From Eledone cirrhosa (taxonomy: Eukaryota), in the NCBI GenBank assembly GCA_964016885.1, contig OZ024742.1, positions 63,860,001 through 63,924,000 of the forward strand: a DNA stretch of 64,000 bases, written 5' to 3'. This document shows positions 40,650 through 53,995 of the stretch, piece after piece. Each line of letters opens with the position of its first letter. The first letter of the stretch is position 1. A program made the position numbers and the translations under genes. The notes beneath the pieces are model-generated. The model worked only from the letters and a program-made list of their open reading frames with translations. It did not search any database and had not been told where the DNA came from.

Positions 40650-41646
40650 CCTGTTAAGGCTTATAAGCACGAAGGAAATAATATCATTAGGGTAGCCACT
40701 GATCTGGAGGAGAGATATGGAATAAGGCCTGATATCTCTCTCCCAGGGACATTGGAAGATCGTATTCAGCAAGAAACTCAAACAAGATTTTAAAATGGAC
40801 CAATTTACAGAGAATTTTGTGCATGGTCGCTTGAGACGAAAAACACAGACTATAGAGGGGATAAATCATTCAAAAAGCAAGGCATGGAGTTCCGACAAGT
40901 TTATGACATCCCACCTTGAAGGATACCTTTATGCAATACAGGAACAAGAAATCCTTACCAAATACCTGCTACACAAAAGAGGAGGGCCATCACACGACAA
41001 TAAATGTAGGCTTTGTAAAACAAAGATCGAAGATGTTAGCCACATTGTTGCCGACTGCGAAAGAATGTCGTTTCGTTACTACCTCTCTATGAGACACGAT
41101 GTGATAGCGAGGGCCATCTGGAACGCACTTAGGAAAACAAGATTAAAAACAAATGAGGAGGAATATGTTGAGATAGATTGCACTAAAGAATACTGGTGGA
41201 ACCTGAAAATAAAAACTGCCACCAAATTAAAACACAACCGGCCTGATATTGTTGTTTGAGACCACACATTGAAAACGTGTTCTGTTGTGGAGATCAGCTG
41301 CCCACTTGATGTCAACGTTGTCAGAAAAATACAAGAGAAGGAGGACATCTACGGACCATTGATGAGGGGTTTGCAGATCCAATATCCAAGATACACCTTC
41401 AGCTTCATACCCATCATTATTGGAGCTACAGGTTATATACCAACCCGCTTGGACCAAAGTATGACTGAACTTAGATTTGTGGACAAAGAACGCAGCTCCC
41501 TAATTCATAGATTACAAATGGCTGCTATAGCTGGTACCTTCAACATTTTCAAAACATTCTTGCGATTCAAGGATGACAATTTCTTTTCTTTTTCAACCTT
41601 GCCACCAGGAAGGTGGCCGGTCAAAAATGTACTCTAAATTAAGAGC
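40650..41646 (+). mobile_element. R4/Dong-like LINE 3' fragment, same subfamily as 29209-31017, opposite orientation
   Basis: ORFs 40795 and 41269 are near-identical to 29641-/29284-; same 3' UTR ...CCGGTCAAAAA..ACTCTAAATTAAGAG. Confidence 0.9.
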
Positions 41647-41929
41647 AACAGAAACATACTTACATATTTTATTTTCTAAGCAGAATCGTGGGAGACATCG
41701 AAATTTACATTCTAACCCACCAGTATTGATTACTCAATCAGTTAAGTTTGAATATTTTAAATACTATGGTATTTTAAACACTATGTCCTTGTATGTGTAT
41801 ACACATACAAGGACATAGAGCATCGGAGAGAGTTGAGTTCACGACCTTACGAAGCTAAGCCTTAACCTGCATAACGATAGTTCTGTGAAAGCAGTGTCTG
41901 CCGTGGTGTCGCCACGACACAATAAGACG

Positions 41930-42272
41930 ATAGTGGTGTTGGTAGTGGTGATGGCGATGGCGTTAGTGCTGTTAGTTGTGGTGTTGTTGTTGTTGTTGTT
42001 GGTGGTGGTGGTGATGATGTTGCAGGTGATGGTGGTAGTGGTGTAGTGGTGATGAGTGTGGTAATAGTGGCAGTGATGGCGGTGATTCTAACAGTGGTGG
42101 TAATGGTGGCGGTGGTGGTTGTCGTCGTCGTCGTGGTAGTGGTGGTTGGTAGGGTGGTGGTGGTGATGGTGCGGGTGGTGCTGGTAGTGGTGTGGTGGTA
42201 ACGATTGTGGTAATAGTGGCAGTGATGGCAGTGATTCTAACAGTGGTAGTGGTGGCGGCGGCGGCGACGGTG

Positions 42273-42304
<32 letters not shown>

Positions 42305-42360
42305 GGTGGTGGTGGTGGTGGTGGTGAGGGGGGTATTGGTGGTGGTGAGGGGTGGGGTGA
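41930..42360. repeat. (GGT/GTT)n low-complexity tract with an internal duplicated block
   Basis: Direct sequence. Confidence 0.85.
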
Positions 42361-42597
42361 GAGTTAAGTTGTTAAGTGAGTGAGGCTGTCTGTAGATGAT
42401 GCATTATTATACTCCAAGTAATCTACAGTTGTTTACTGCAAATTACTGAGAAAAATATTGATGTCAAGTAATAAAACAGATAGTTAACAGAAAATGATTG
42501 TAAGAAATGTTAAACATGTAATCAAGGTGCGTAGACATAACCATTCATAGGCTCTTAACTCTTACTGCAGTCGTAGGGACGTCGTCGAAACAACTAA

Positions 42598-42849
42598 CCC
42601 TTTCGTGGCCGTATTTCTAATGAAATACACTTTATTTCAACTAAGTGATGAAGAATTTTGAAAGATTTTTAAAGAATTTTTAAAGAATTTTGGAAGATTA
42701 TTATTTATTTTATTACTAAGATATTAACTTAACATATGGTTCTTATTCCAAATTGTTGGAATATTTTAATTTAATTATTAACCCTTTAACATGGATGGTT
42801 TTCTGTTATAAAACCAGAATTAGTTTTGGCTAGATTGGTATCAAAAGGG
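42598..42849. mobile_element. Possible piggyBac-type MITE
   Basis: ctaa|CCCTTTCG...CAAAAGGG|ttga: degenerate TTAA flanks and CCCT/AGGG ends. Confidence 0.4.
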
Positions 42850-42875
42850 TTGAAAAGGGTCTGATCATAGCCCTT

Positions 42876-43181
42876 GTGAGAGAGGGGGGATGAAAGAGAG
42901 AGGGGGAGTGGGAGAGAGGGGGATGAAAGAGAGAGGGGGAGTGGGAGAGAGGGGTATGAGAGGGGTATGAGAGAGAGGGAGTGGGTGAGAGGGAGTGAGA
43001 GCGAGGGGTTTGAGAGGGAGGGGGTGAGGGGTGAGGGGTATGAGAGAGAGAGGGGGTGAGAGAGAGGGAGTGATAGAGAGGGGTATGAGAGGGAGGGGGT
43101 GAGAGAGAGGGAGTTGGAGAGAGGGGTATGAGAGGGGGAAGTGAGAGAGAAGGGAAGTGAGAGTGGGTGAGGTAAAGAGGG

Positions 43182-43231
<50 letters not shown>

Positions 43232-43250
43232 AAGAGATATAGAAGAGAAA
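42876..43250. repeat. Polypurine GA/GGGG-rich tract
   Basis: Direct sequence. Confidence 0.9.
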
Positions 43251-43591
43251 TCAACCCCAGTACTGAAATGGTACTTTATTTATCGACATCGAAACGATAA
43301 AAGAAAAGTTGACCTTGGCAAGATTTGAACTCAGAGGGCAAGAACAAATACCGCAAAACATTCTAACCGATGTTTTAACGACTCTATTTACTGTAAATTA
43401 CTGAGAAAATGTTGCTGTCAAGTAATTTATGCAATTCTATCAACTAGATTGTTGAGTGATGATTGAACGAAATGTTAAACGTGTAGGTCGACATACGTAT
43501 ACATATGAAAACATGTGTAGAGCTATGTAGATATATGTATATGTAGAAGTATATGTATACGTATAGGTACATGTATGGTATATGCATATAC

Positions 43592-43633
<42 letters not shown>

Positions 43634-43744
43634 TTGTGTGTGTGTTTGTGTGTGTTTGTGTGAGTGTGTGACTGTGTGTGTATGTATGTGAGTTTTGGGG
43701 TATATATATATATATATATATGTATGTATATCGCAAAAGGAAAA

Positions 43745-43809
43745 GACTACTACAACTGCTGTTACTGCTGTTGTTACTACTACTACTACTACTACTGTTG
43801 CTGCTGCTG

Positions 43810-43858
<49 letters not shown>

Positions 43859-43866
43859 AAAAACTG

Positions 43867-43930
<64 letters not shown>

Positions 43931-44090
43931 AAAAACTGCTACCACTACTGCTGCTGCTGCTTTTGTTACTACTGCTGCTAGTACTATAATTGTTATTGTC
44001 ATTATTGCTGTTATTGTCATTGTTGTATATGTTGTTGTTTTGCCACTGTCGTTGCTGTTGTTGTCGTCGTCGTTGTTGTTGTTGTTGCTC
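43745..44090. repeat. (CTA)n/(GTT)n trinucleotide tract
   Basis: Direct sequence; the 268-aa Ser/Gln ORF is an artefact. Confidence 0.9.
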
Positions 44091-44197
44091 TTTTGTAACA
44101 GAATTGTAATATAATGTCACCGGGGTAGGATATAATTGTTTTGTTGAAACAAAAGATTTTGTGATTCTAATAGCTTTACAGTAAACATTCCAACCTC

Positions 44198-44770
44198 TTA
44201 AAACAAGCACAGAGCCCAATCTCTCTAAAACAAGCACAGAGCCCAATCTCTTTAAAACACGCAGCCCAATCTATCTAAAACACAGTCCAATCTCTCTAAA
44301 ACACACACAGTCCAATCTCTCTAAAACACACAGCCCAATCTCTCTAAAACACACAGCCCAACTTCTGTAAAACACATACAGCCCAATCTCTCTAAAACAT
44401 ACACAGCCCAATTTCTCTAAAACACACACAGCCCAATCTCTCTAAAACAGCCTAACGTCTGTAAAACACACACGGCTGTTCTTAGCAACAAAAGGAGAGC
44501 ACCCTCACGGTACCGTTTCTGATTCTTTAACCGACGTCAGAGAGGCATACTCCTCTGGTTGCTAAGACGAAATAAGCTAACAGCTTATAGTTTTTATGCT
44601 TATGAACATCCGCTAATGAAGCTCATTTGCATACAAAGCAAAAGCTGGCAACTTCTGTAAATCACAAAGATTCCAACCTCTGTAAAGCACACACATCCTA
44701 ACTTCTGTAAAACACACAAAGCCTAATCTCTGTAAAATACACACAGCCCAACTTCTATAAACACACAGAT
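44198..44770. repeat. ~22-26-bp minisatellite (AAAACACACAGCCCAATCTCTCT) in two blocks
   Basis: Tandem copies at 44198-44475 and ~44650-44770. Confidence 0.85.
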
Positions 44771-44939
44771 TCCAGTTTCGCTGCAGACATGTTGAACAAC
44801 ATTAGAAGAGAATATATAAGGAGAGAACGGCAAGTTGAATAAATAGAAAATCTAGAATGGGCCTACTGCAGCCATGTTAAACAACAACAGGTAATTAACG
44901 TCACAATTCTGGTAAAAGAGCGAAGATAAACGTCAAAGT

Positions 44940-45508
44940 TTGGAGGCTGACTCACCTTGAGTAGTGACAGAAGATTTCTACCTTCTACCGCTTACCTCAT
45001 TAATAGATCTCCAAGCCGCCGCATGTTCACCTGTTCTGTGACATTGTTGATTTTTTTCTTGAAGTAGCTCGGCAGTGACAGCGTCATATGCTTCTTGAAG
45101 ATCGTTTCGAGCTCTTTGAACTTTTGCTTTGTTTTGGCAAGTGTATCCTTTGCTTAGTAAAGTGGATTGAAACCATACTCTTTTTGTTGTTCTTTTATGT
45201 TTTGAGGGTCAATGAGTTAAGAAAAATATCCTCCGCACTCTCTTTGGTGAGATTGTATTTGACAATTGCATTTACATCTTCAGGGCATAGGGATGAGAAG
45301 CGATTAAATACGGAAACAACATAGTTGTTTGACAGGTTGTTATCATTGGTAACAGGATGCCAGTCAATGTGTTTCAAATGATTTCCTGGCAGCTATTTCT
45401 GTGATCGACAGCGAACTGATGAAAGAAGAGTAAGCATGGTAATTTTAATGCTGTTTATCCACTACCTTCGTACTAAGACATAATCCAACTGAGCTCTGCT
45501 TCCAGAAA
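44940..45508 (-). mobile_element. LINE endonuclease C-terminus/linker fragment
   Basis: Minus strand SRAQLDYVLVRR*WINSI, KKSMVSIH and EHAAAWRSINEVSGRR. Confidence 0.6.
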
Positions 45509-45511
45509 TTC

Positions 45512-46215
45512 GTCACCGATCTAGACTTTGCTGATGATTTGGCTCTTCCTTCAACCAGCAGCAAATTCCCAATCGTTCGTTCATGCACTGGAATCAGCTG
45601 CCGTTCATGCTGGACTGTATTGCAGTGACTAAAACAATGTTAGCATAGTTACAGTAAACAGAAAGCCCTTAAAGCAAGTAAAAGATTTTAAGTACCTTGA
45701 TTCCTTCATAATGAACTTAGAAAAGGACTTCCAAATAAGTAGAGTCCTGGCCTGGAATGCATTTAATAAGCTAGATAAAATATGGAAATCTAATATACCA
45801 AACAAACTTAAAATCAGCCTCTTTAGAATGACAACCTATCCATCGCTATGGTTCTGAGACTGGGACCTTGCACTCCCGTCTACAGGGCTGTTTAGATGGA
45901 TGTTACACTACCCTTCTGAGAAAGGCCCAAAATATTCTTGGCAGACTCATCCTACGCTTAATCAGATATACAGAAAAAACCCCAAAGTAATTACACGACT
46001 GATTGAACGTCGTACAAGGTTTGCTGATCACTGCTTCTGCGCAAGAAATGAGATGGTTTCAGGCGTGGGAGATCTCCTCTACTAGAAAGCTCAGATATCA
46101 GGATACCTTATCAAGAGACATTGGAATTGACAAGGAATATCAATAACCTTGATTGGAAACAGAAACTGTTGGCATGAACTTGTGCTTGATGTCTCGCCTG
46201 AGAGCGATGGATAAG
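45512..46215 (+). mobile_element. RTE-type LINE RT 3' fragment
   Basis: TDLDFADDLAL, KQVKDFKYLDS, AWNAFNKLDKIWKS, YGSETGTL, LDGCYT, RRTRFADHCF. Confidence 0.85.
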
Positions 46216-47009
46216 ATAAACGTCAAAGATAAAATGGGCAGGCCCAGAATATATGGCAAATGATAGAATACTGGTTCAAGAATCTCTCGCCTTTTACTAG
46301 TGAGATTTGATAATGTTGTCTGAAAAGAGCACTGGGTGTACAACTAGACGGAACCAAATAATTGTCAATTGCCATTGCTTCTCTCATTCCATCCCCACTC
46401 ACCAGAAAACTGAAAAAGAAACAAAAGAACGAACAAAAACTCAAAAAATCAGCCAAACTACCCAAGCTAAAAGTTACCGCCCACTATTTTCGCCAGGATA
46501 TTAAGCATAAGAGACAAACACTGGGTGTCTCCGTCTCTTATAAATATATAACGTATCATATCACCAACCGTTCACTCGTTCTCCTCGAGAAACAAATACC
46601 AATAATAACAACTATTAATAATACTAATAATGATAAATAAATAAAAATACACATATAGCTAACAGGAACGAGGGGGAGAGAGAAATTGAGAGAAAACAAA
46701 AAGGAATTGGATCTGAAAGTAACAATAGATCCACACACTCATAGGTAAAAAAAAGTTGAAGGTCACAAAAAAAAACGACTAATCAAAATATAAAAGAATG
46801 TTTTTTTTATATCTCAAACAAAAGAATGACTTTATATATCAAACCCAAAATAATCACTTTATATATCAGACTGACATGTAAAGACATTCACTATTTCTAT
46901 GGTTACTGAGAAATGTAATTAAGAAAGGAACGAACAAGACAAAACAAAAAGAAAGAGAGGAAGAATGTAACAGCTTTGCGTGTTCTTAAATTGTTAAAAT
47001 GTTTCTTAA

Positions 47010-47125
<116 letters not shown>

Positions 47126-47210
47126 AAAAATTAAACAAAAATAACAAAGCAAACGACACAGTATAATGAAGAAATATATTAGTTTAACGTTTGATATAGT
47201 AAGAAAAGAG

Positions 47211-47246
47211 TCTTAACGTTTCGGACACTATTCCTTCATCGGAAGA
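47211..47246 (-). ncRNA. Minimal hammerhead-like motif (CCGATGA core) between (TG)n and (GA)n tracts
   Basis: TCTT-CCGATGA-a GGA atagtg TCC-GAAAC-GTT-AAGA; palindromic AACGTT stem III. Confidence 0.6.
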
Positions 47247-47295
47247 TTGAATGAGAAATAAAAGATGGAATAGGAAGATAGATAGATAAATAGAT

Positions 47296-47373
<78 letters not shown>

Positions 47374-48084
47374 AACAAGCAGGAAAAGCGGACTTAAAAT
47401 GATGATATATATATTGTTGTCAAATTTCGTAATAAATATCCAAGTAGATAGTGCACTCAATCGGGCGAGTTGTGTTACATAAAATATTTTATTACATTAA
47501 TAATATATTATAAGGAAACGCGTGTTTCAGACTCTTAGATCCTAGTGAAACATGTTTTCGTATAATGTATTGTAATTATATATATATATTGGCCTTGATA
47601 GGCAATCTGTCAAACGAAATCCTGACTGGGTTAAACGACGACATAACCATTGTCTTTAAGGGAATAAAACAGTAATATTTAGTTAGATATTGGATCTTAA
47701 GAAAGCAGATTTACCATACAATAAAAAGACAAAACAAAAAGAATTTAGATAGATGTTGATCTTATAGATATGACAAACTAGGCTAGGAAACAATCAAATT
47801 ATCTCCCATTTTTCTATCTCCTTCTCCACTTCTTTTAATGAAAATTCTAACATTTGATTAGTCTAAATATCATCTACACAGCGAACACAACCAGTTCTTC
47901 ACCTTACAACCCTTTATGCATGTACATGGTATGGTCCCGTAACTCCTGATAGAGTCGTACGGGCGCTGTATTGACATACGGCGTTTTTTTTTTGGGGGGG
48001 GGGGGGCAGAGCCCATCCCTCTCAAAGCCTGAGTACAGCAGATTTCTTCCAGAGAGAAATAGAAAGTGAGAGAGAGATATAGAG

Positions 48085-48250
48085 GAAAAGTCGACTCCAG
48101 TACTTGACTGGTACTTTTTTATATCTACCTTGAAAGGATGAAAGGCAAAGTTGACCTCGGCGGGATTTGAACTCGGAGAGCAGAGAGTCAGAACGAATAT
48201 CATAAAGCATTTGGTCCGACTTTCTAACGACTCTGCCAATTTGCCGCCTT
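48085..48250 (-). mobile_element. SINE (GTCGATAAAA..GTACCAG family)
   Basis: Reverse complement of head plus core. Confidence 0.8.
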
Positions 48251-48589
48251 ATGCATGTTCATAATCATGTGTAATTAGCAGCAATATATTGATTAATGTT
48301 GATTAATCCTTTTCTAAGTATGTCGTCTCATTTGAGGCCATTGGTGTGCTGTGATAGAACCAAATCCTTATCTCTGTTTAGGCCCATATCTGTTCTCATA
48401 AATTTATTTTTAAGAGTGTCTTAAATCTGTCATACAGTGTATCATAGATAATCTCCCCGAGAATTACCTTATGGCTTCATGTATCTGTGGAATGCTCAGC
48501 CTCTTGCACGTTGATTTCACCAGCTGGCTGTTCAATTTATCAAACAACTGAAACATTTATCATCGAAACTGACGGAGGTCCATTTCCCC

Positions 48590-49215
48590 ATTTGTCTAAT
48601 TTGAGTATTATGCCAGATTTTTAATGTATATAAAACTCGGTAAATCTGCTACCAAGATCCTCAAAATATTTCGCCAGGCTTTTGTCAAAAATTCTTTAAA
48701 TCGAACAGTTTTTGTGGGCTGACATGCCGTCCAAAGCCGGCCAATTATTGGTTCAATATGTTAAAATTTCAGCGCGATCAATCTTTAACAAATTGCCAGA
48801 AAATGTGGAAAATTCCGTGAAGACATCCCTGAGGCGTGTCGCCGAGCAATCTATTAGATTTTTTTACATGATTGAAATCAGTTATGGGGTCTGTCAAGAA
48901 ATCCTCATGGAAAACCTAAATGTGTATCACGTAGTTGCAGATTTTGGCAAACAAGAACATGACGGTCGTTCTCCACACTCTCACTTCTCCACATGTAACT
49001 TTGCTGTGTCTTCTAAAACGAAATTAAAATTGAAGAAGTGACACTCCGAAACAGTAGTTTAAATTCATAAGAAATGGCAGGTGGTATTGAAAGGCCTTTA
49101 GGATGAGTACTTGAGCGGTGTTTTGAAAGCATGCACGAAGCGTTAGGATCGCTGTTCACATTCCGAAATAAATTGTTTCAGTGGAGATGGTGTTCAAATA
49201 TAAATGATATACGAA
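48590..49215 (+). mobile_element. Mariner transposase remnant; related 3' fragment at ~59385-59480 (-)
   Basis: KLGKSATKILKIFRQAF (mariner HTH); SPHSHFSTCNFAVSSKTKLKLK (decayed YSPDLAPCDF.LF..LK). Confidence 0.7.
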
Positions 49216-49221
49216 TAACAT

Positions 49222-49765
49222 TAGAGTTCAAATCCGGCCGAGGTTAACTTTGTCTTTCATCCTTACGGGTCGATAAAATAAAGTACCAGTAATGTACTGG
49301 GTAATTGCTGACCTTGAGCCAAAAGTAGAAACAATTATTTATTGGTGGGTTGGCAGTATCGGTAGAGGGTCGGACGCCATGCTTTACAGCATAGTTACGA
49401 CTCTCAATGTTCTGAGCTCAAATCTCACCGAGGTCAACTTTGCCTTTAATCCTACTGGGGTCGATAAAATAAAAGACCAATAAAGTACCGTGGCCAATAT
49501 AACGGATTTTCCTCATTCCTCAAATTACTGGCCTTGTTCCAATGTTAAAAACAATTATTTATTGAGGCACTGGTGTGAAATTATCGAGGCACGGTAGAGT
49601 GGCAGCGTTTTAACCCATCATACAAATGATTAGCAGTAGTTGTTCCGGTTCTTTACGTTATCAGTTCAAATCTATACTTTTAGGATCAATAAAATAAAGT
49701 ACTAGTTAATCGACTTCCTACTCACCACAAAATTGTTGGTCTTGTGCCTAAATAAGAAGTCAATA
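49222..49765 (+). mobile_element. Three SINE copies head-to-tail
   Basis: Each ends GGCCTTG.GCC..AA..TAGAAACAATTATTT and the next begins immediately. Confidence 0.75.
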
Positions 49766-50029
49766 TAATTATTTACGTGTGTGAGTGAGTGTGTACATCA
49801 TAATATATATTCTTTTAAAAATGTAGGCAACCCAAACGCATAACTAGTCGATTGCTAGAAAATCGGATAAAATACATCTATGGACGGAATAATGTGGCTA
49901 CTACGGGAACAAACTTCGCATCTCTCGGAATTCGATAGTTTATATAGAAAGTTGCAATGTATATAAATATATATGTGTGTGTGTGTGTGAGAGAGAGAAA
50001 GCGAGAGTGTGTGTCTATGTGAGTGTGTA

Positions 50030-50156
<127 letters not shown>

Positions 50157-50297
50157 AACTACAATGTAGAAATAACTAGCTTGAATCTTCATGGCTAACT
50201 CGGTCTACGGCGATCTCAGTATTTAGTTAAGGTGAGCGATGCCCCGCCAACTACTGTACTGCAGAACAAACATACAACCGTATCGCTCTATGTATCG

Positions 50298-50350
<53 letters not shown>

Positions 50351-50372
50351 GCATACATAGATACGCACACAC

Positions 50373-50441
<69 letters not shown>

Positions 50442-50592
50442 TTGCAAGAATGGTTTTTTTTCTCTCCATCTCGCTGTCTTGTTTGTCATTGATATATAAT
50501 ACTTCCACACAAAATGCCGTAATAGGATCGGCTTTCCCACAAGTTTGTCTTCTATCAGCTTACTTTCTCACAATACTCAAGTTATTGCTCTC

Positions 50593-50658
<66 letters not shown>

Positions 50659-50888
50659 TCTCTCTCTCTCTCGCTTTCTTCTTCTATTTCTCTCTTTACT
50701 TATTTATCATTTGTCTGTCTATCTATCGATCATCCTACTTACCTATAATTCTTCGTACCTATGTATGTATTTCGATATGAATATATATATATATATATTT
50801 AAGAGTTAAACAAGGTTCAATGAATACATCAAAGAATGAGTTTTACAATAGATTGGAAGCACTCAACAGCTGGTTTTCCAGAGTTATT

Positions 50889-51159
50889 AATATTAATTCA
50901 AAATATTAACGAAATAGATATTCTTGTGATCAATTATATTTTATTATACACATTTCAGAGGTACTGAGTTAAGTTCAACAGTACGTCCTCATCAGATAAA
51001 ATAAAATGATACATGACATACCCTGACATGGTAGATGGTTAATGAGGACGTACTGATGAGGACGTACTGTTGAACTTAACTCAGTACCTCTGAAATATGT
51101 ATAATAAAATATAATTGATCACAAGAATATCTATTTTGTTAATATTTTGAATTAATATT
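50889..51159. repeat. Fold-back element G (107-bp arms, 57-nt spacer, left-side tail) between (TA)n tracts
   Basis: 50889-50995 is the reverse complement of 51053-51159 with about 2 mismatches. Confidence 0.9.
50938..51002 (-). ncRNA. Type I hammerhead motif (mirror at 51053-51110 lacks the 5' strand of stem I)
   Basis: ATTTTAT-CTGATGA-..GTACTG...CAGTAC..-GAAA-TGTGT-ATA-ATAAAAT; 7-bp stem I. Confidence 0.7.
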
Positions 51160-51536
51160 TATATATATATATATATATATCTCGTCTGCGTCTTCACAGA
51201 ACTTATGTTTACCGAATTCGCAGACCAGACCCCTTCTTCTTCCCCCCGTTAGACCTGTGCGAAATTCCTTCCTTGCTCACATTTCAACCAGGTTTGATGG
51301 TCTTTATTCTCTAGTTCACGATTTTATCGAGTTTATATTCATAGAAATCTGGGACTTGTCTCTTTCTTCTCACTTTCTGTTGCTTAAACCATTTTGTTTG
51401 TTCACCCTAACGTTCTCTTTATTTACGTGTCCCAACGACTTTTTTTAGCCGTTGTTCGCACCAACCTGAGGTATATGGCCCTTAAAGCGATGAAATGCCT
51501 GGGACGGTTGGAGGGTCACTGATGAAGGACTCACTT

Positions 51537-51586
<50 letters not shown>

Positions 51587-51879
51587 ATACTTTGGGAGAG
51601 TCATGTTGCCAATAAGAAACACACGCACCAGTTGCTTTCACTTCAATTTATTATAATAAATTTATAAATTGAGGAATTTATAAATTTCCGGTTGGTTGGT
51701 TAGGTCCACAACCGGATGATTGTTTATATATTATCAAAGTTCTTTCGTCACACATTCTGTGACCTCTTCAGTGACTGAGGATTCTTTTCTTTGTTTTTGT
51801 GCCTCTCCTTTGTTCTGTCCTACGCCATTTTGTTTCTGTGTGTGTGTTGTGTGTTCAGTCTGCGCATGCGCCACATCAT

Positions 51880-53749
51880 GGGCAGTGACGCTGTCACGGG
51901 ACCACCAACACGGCCAGTCTGTGGAGCTAACATTGCTAGTAACTACAGACTGTCCTACTTCCTCTCCCTGATCATACGCCCCATCATTGAAATGTCCCCA
52001 GATGTATGTGACAGCACGGAGGACCTCCTCAGCAGAATCGGCGAGAGTAACTGATCTAGGGACCTAACAAACTGCATAATAGGTAGTATGGATGTTGTGT
52101 CCCTGTATCCATCTATTGACGTGGATTTTGCTGTGGAGAAATGCGTAGAAATGATCAGTGAGAGCAATGTTGAGTTCCGTAGGATTGATACCAGTGAGCT
52201 GGGACTCCTACTTAAACTTACCTATAGTAATAATTACTTAGACACATATGACTTTAGCAACCTGTGCCCTACAAGACCAGCAAGAGGCAGACCACCTACC
52301 ATTACCTCAATGGCCAAGAAAACCCACACAGATAGATGGAACGGGTGGACCAGAGCCATACGGACACCCGAAAACCACGATGAACTAAAGAAAATTATTG
52401 CACATGCGGTGGGGGGGGGGGGGGCAGCATAAAATTAACCCTTAAGGAACATATGTTCAAATTTAATGAAAAAACATATGCCCAAGAGGAAGGAGCAGCC
52501 ATTGGTGTTAGCATTGCAGGCGACATAGCTAACTTATTAATCGTATGGTGGGACAGTAGACTTAAACTTAAACTTAAAGAACAATTAGAAGACCCCTGAT
52601 AATGTACTCCCGCTACGTTGATGATATAAACATCGTAGTTAAGACACCCACACTAGAGAACAGTCAGGAACTAGAGAAAAACACAATGGAGAGCATCCAG
52701 CAAATAGCTAACTCCATCCACCAGAGTATTAGAGTTACTATAGACTACCCAAGTAAACACCCCAACCATCGATTACCTGTACGAGACACAGAGCTCTGGT
52801 TAGATACGATTAATAACAAAAAACAAATCCTCCATTCCTATTATGCCAAACCCATGACTTCCAAATATCTGATCCACCGAAACTCAGCTGTTTCGGACCA
52901 TACCAAAATAAACATACTGATTGCGGATTTGGTACGGGTGATGAGAAACGTGTCCCGCATGTGCAACCCCGAAGAACTAGAGAGACACATACAACACTTC
53001 ATGCACCGTATGCAGTTCTCTGGTTACAATCAGAGAGATAAAATCAGAGTGTATAAAGGAGCCAGAACCAAATGGGAAAAAATGGTAAATAATGACACAA
53101 ATGGGACCTGCCCCTTGTATAGGAGCAAATTTTGGAATAGAATAGAAAGAACTAGGAATAAGGCTAATAGAATAAACTCATGGTATGATAGCAATAAATA
53201 CCAGAGTGTAATGTTCATCGATACAACCCCTAGAGGTGAATTAACTTACAAATTTAGAAGGGCCCTAGATAAACATAAACTCAATATTAAGATAGTAGAA
53301 AGACCAGGTACCTCCGTAAAAACACTTATTAGCAAGACATACCCTTTTCAAAGCGCCCCCCCCCCCGTATAGATAAGAAATGTATAACCTGTAAATTAAG
53401 CCCCCATATTAACTGTAAAACTAGAAATGTAGTATATAGCATAAGATGTACTGAAGGACAATGTAGAGACAAAAATATAGTGTACATAGGTGAGACAGCT
53501 CGTATTGTAGGGGAACGGATAAATGAACACTGGCGAGACCTTCAAGATAGTAAAGAATCATCTGTACTCTACCAACATGCTAAAATAGAACATAAGGGTA
53601 AATTAGAGAACATAGAAATAAAAATAGAATCTACACACAGAAAAGACGCAATGTTTAGACAAATCACAGAGGCAATAAACATAAAAGAATTACAACCAAA
53701 ATTAAATAGAAAACATGAGTGGAACAGCAACATCACAACTTACAATTAA
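51880..53749 (+). pseudogene. Penelope-like RT + GIY-YIG endonuclease, interrupted by stops and frameshifts
   Basis: TRPVCG, MDVVSLYPSID, QEEGAAIG, YSRYVDDI, YYAKPMTS, NVVYSIRC, YIGETAR..GERINEH, EAINIKELQPKLN. Confidence 0.92.
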
Positions 53750-53952
53750 GGACAAAATGAAAACACACACGCACATAGAACAAACAACCAACCTGTAACA
53801 TGTAAATAAACAAATAAATAAACGAATATAAACACACACAGACACCCGGATGTGGCGCATGCGCAGACTGAACACACAACACACACACACAGAAACAAAA
53901 TGGCGTAGGACAGAACAAAGGAGAGGCACAAAAACAAAGAAAAGTATCCCCA

Positions 53953-53995
53953 GTCACTGAAGAGGTCACAGAATGTGTGACGAAAGAACTTTGAC
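53953..53995 (+). ncRNA. Type I hammerhead motif in the 3' terminal repeat (mirror 51733-51775, - strand)
   Basis: GTCA-CTGAAGA-g GTCACA gaatg TGTGAC-GAAA-GAAC-TT-TGAC. Confidence 0.8.

Noticed and set aside
47490-47577. Additional fold-back with GAAACATGTT
   Set aside because: Arms too degenerate and AT-rich to call confidently
50519-50560. Further hammerhead candidates (also 46500-46552, 51460-51530, 58635-58680)
   Set aside because: Core nucleotides or a stem are missing; cannot be distinguished from chance by eye
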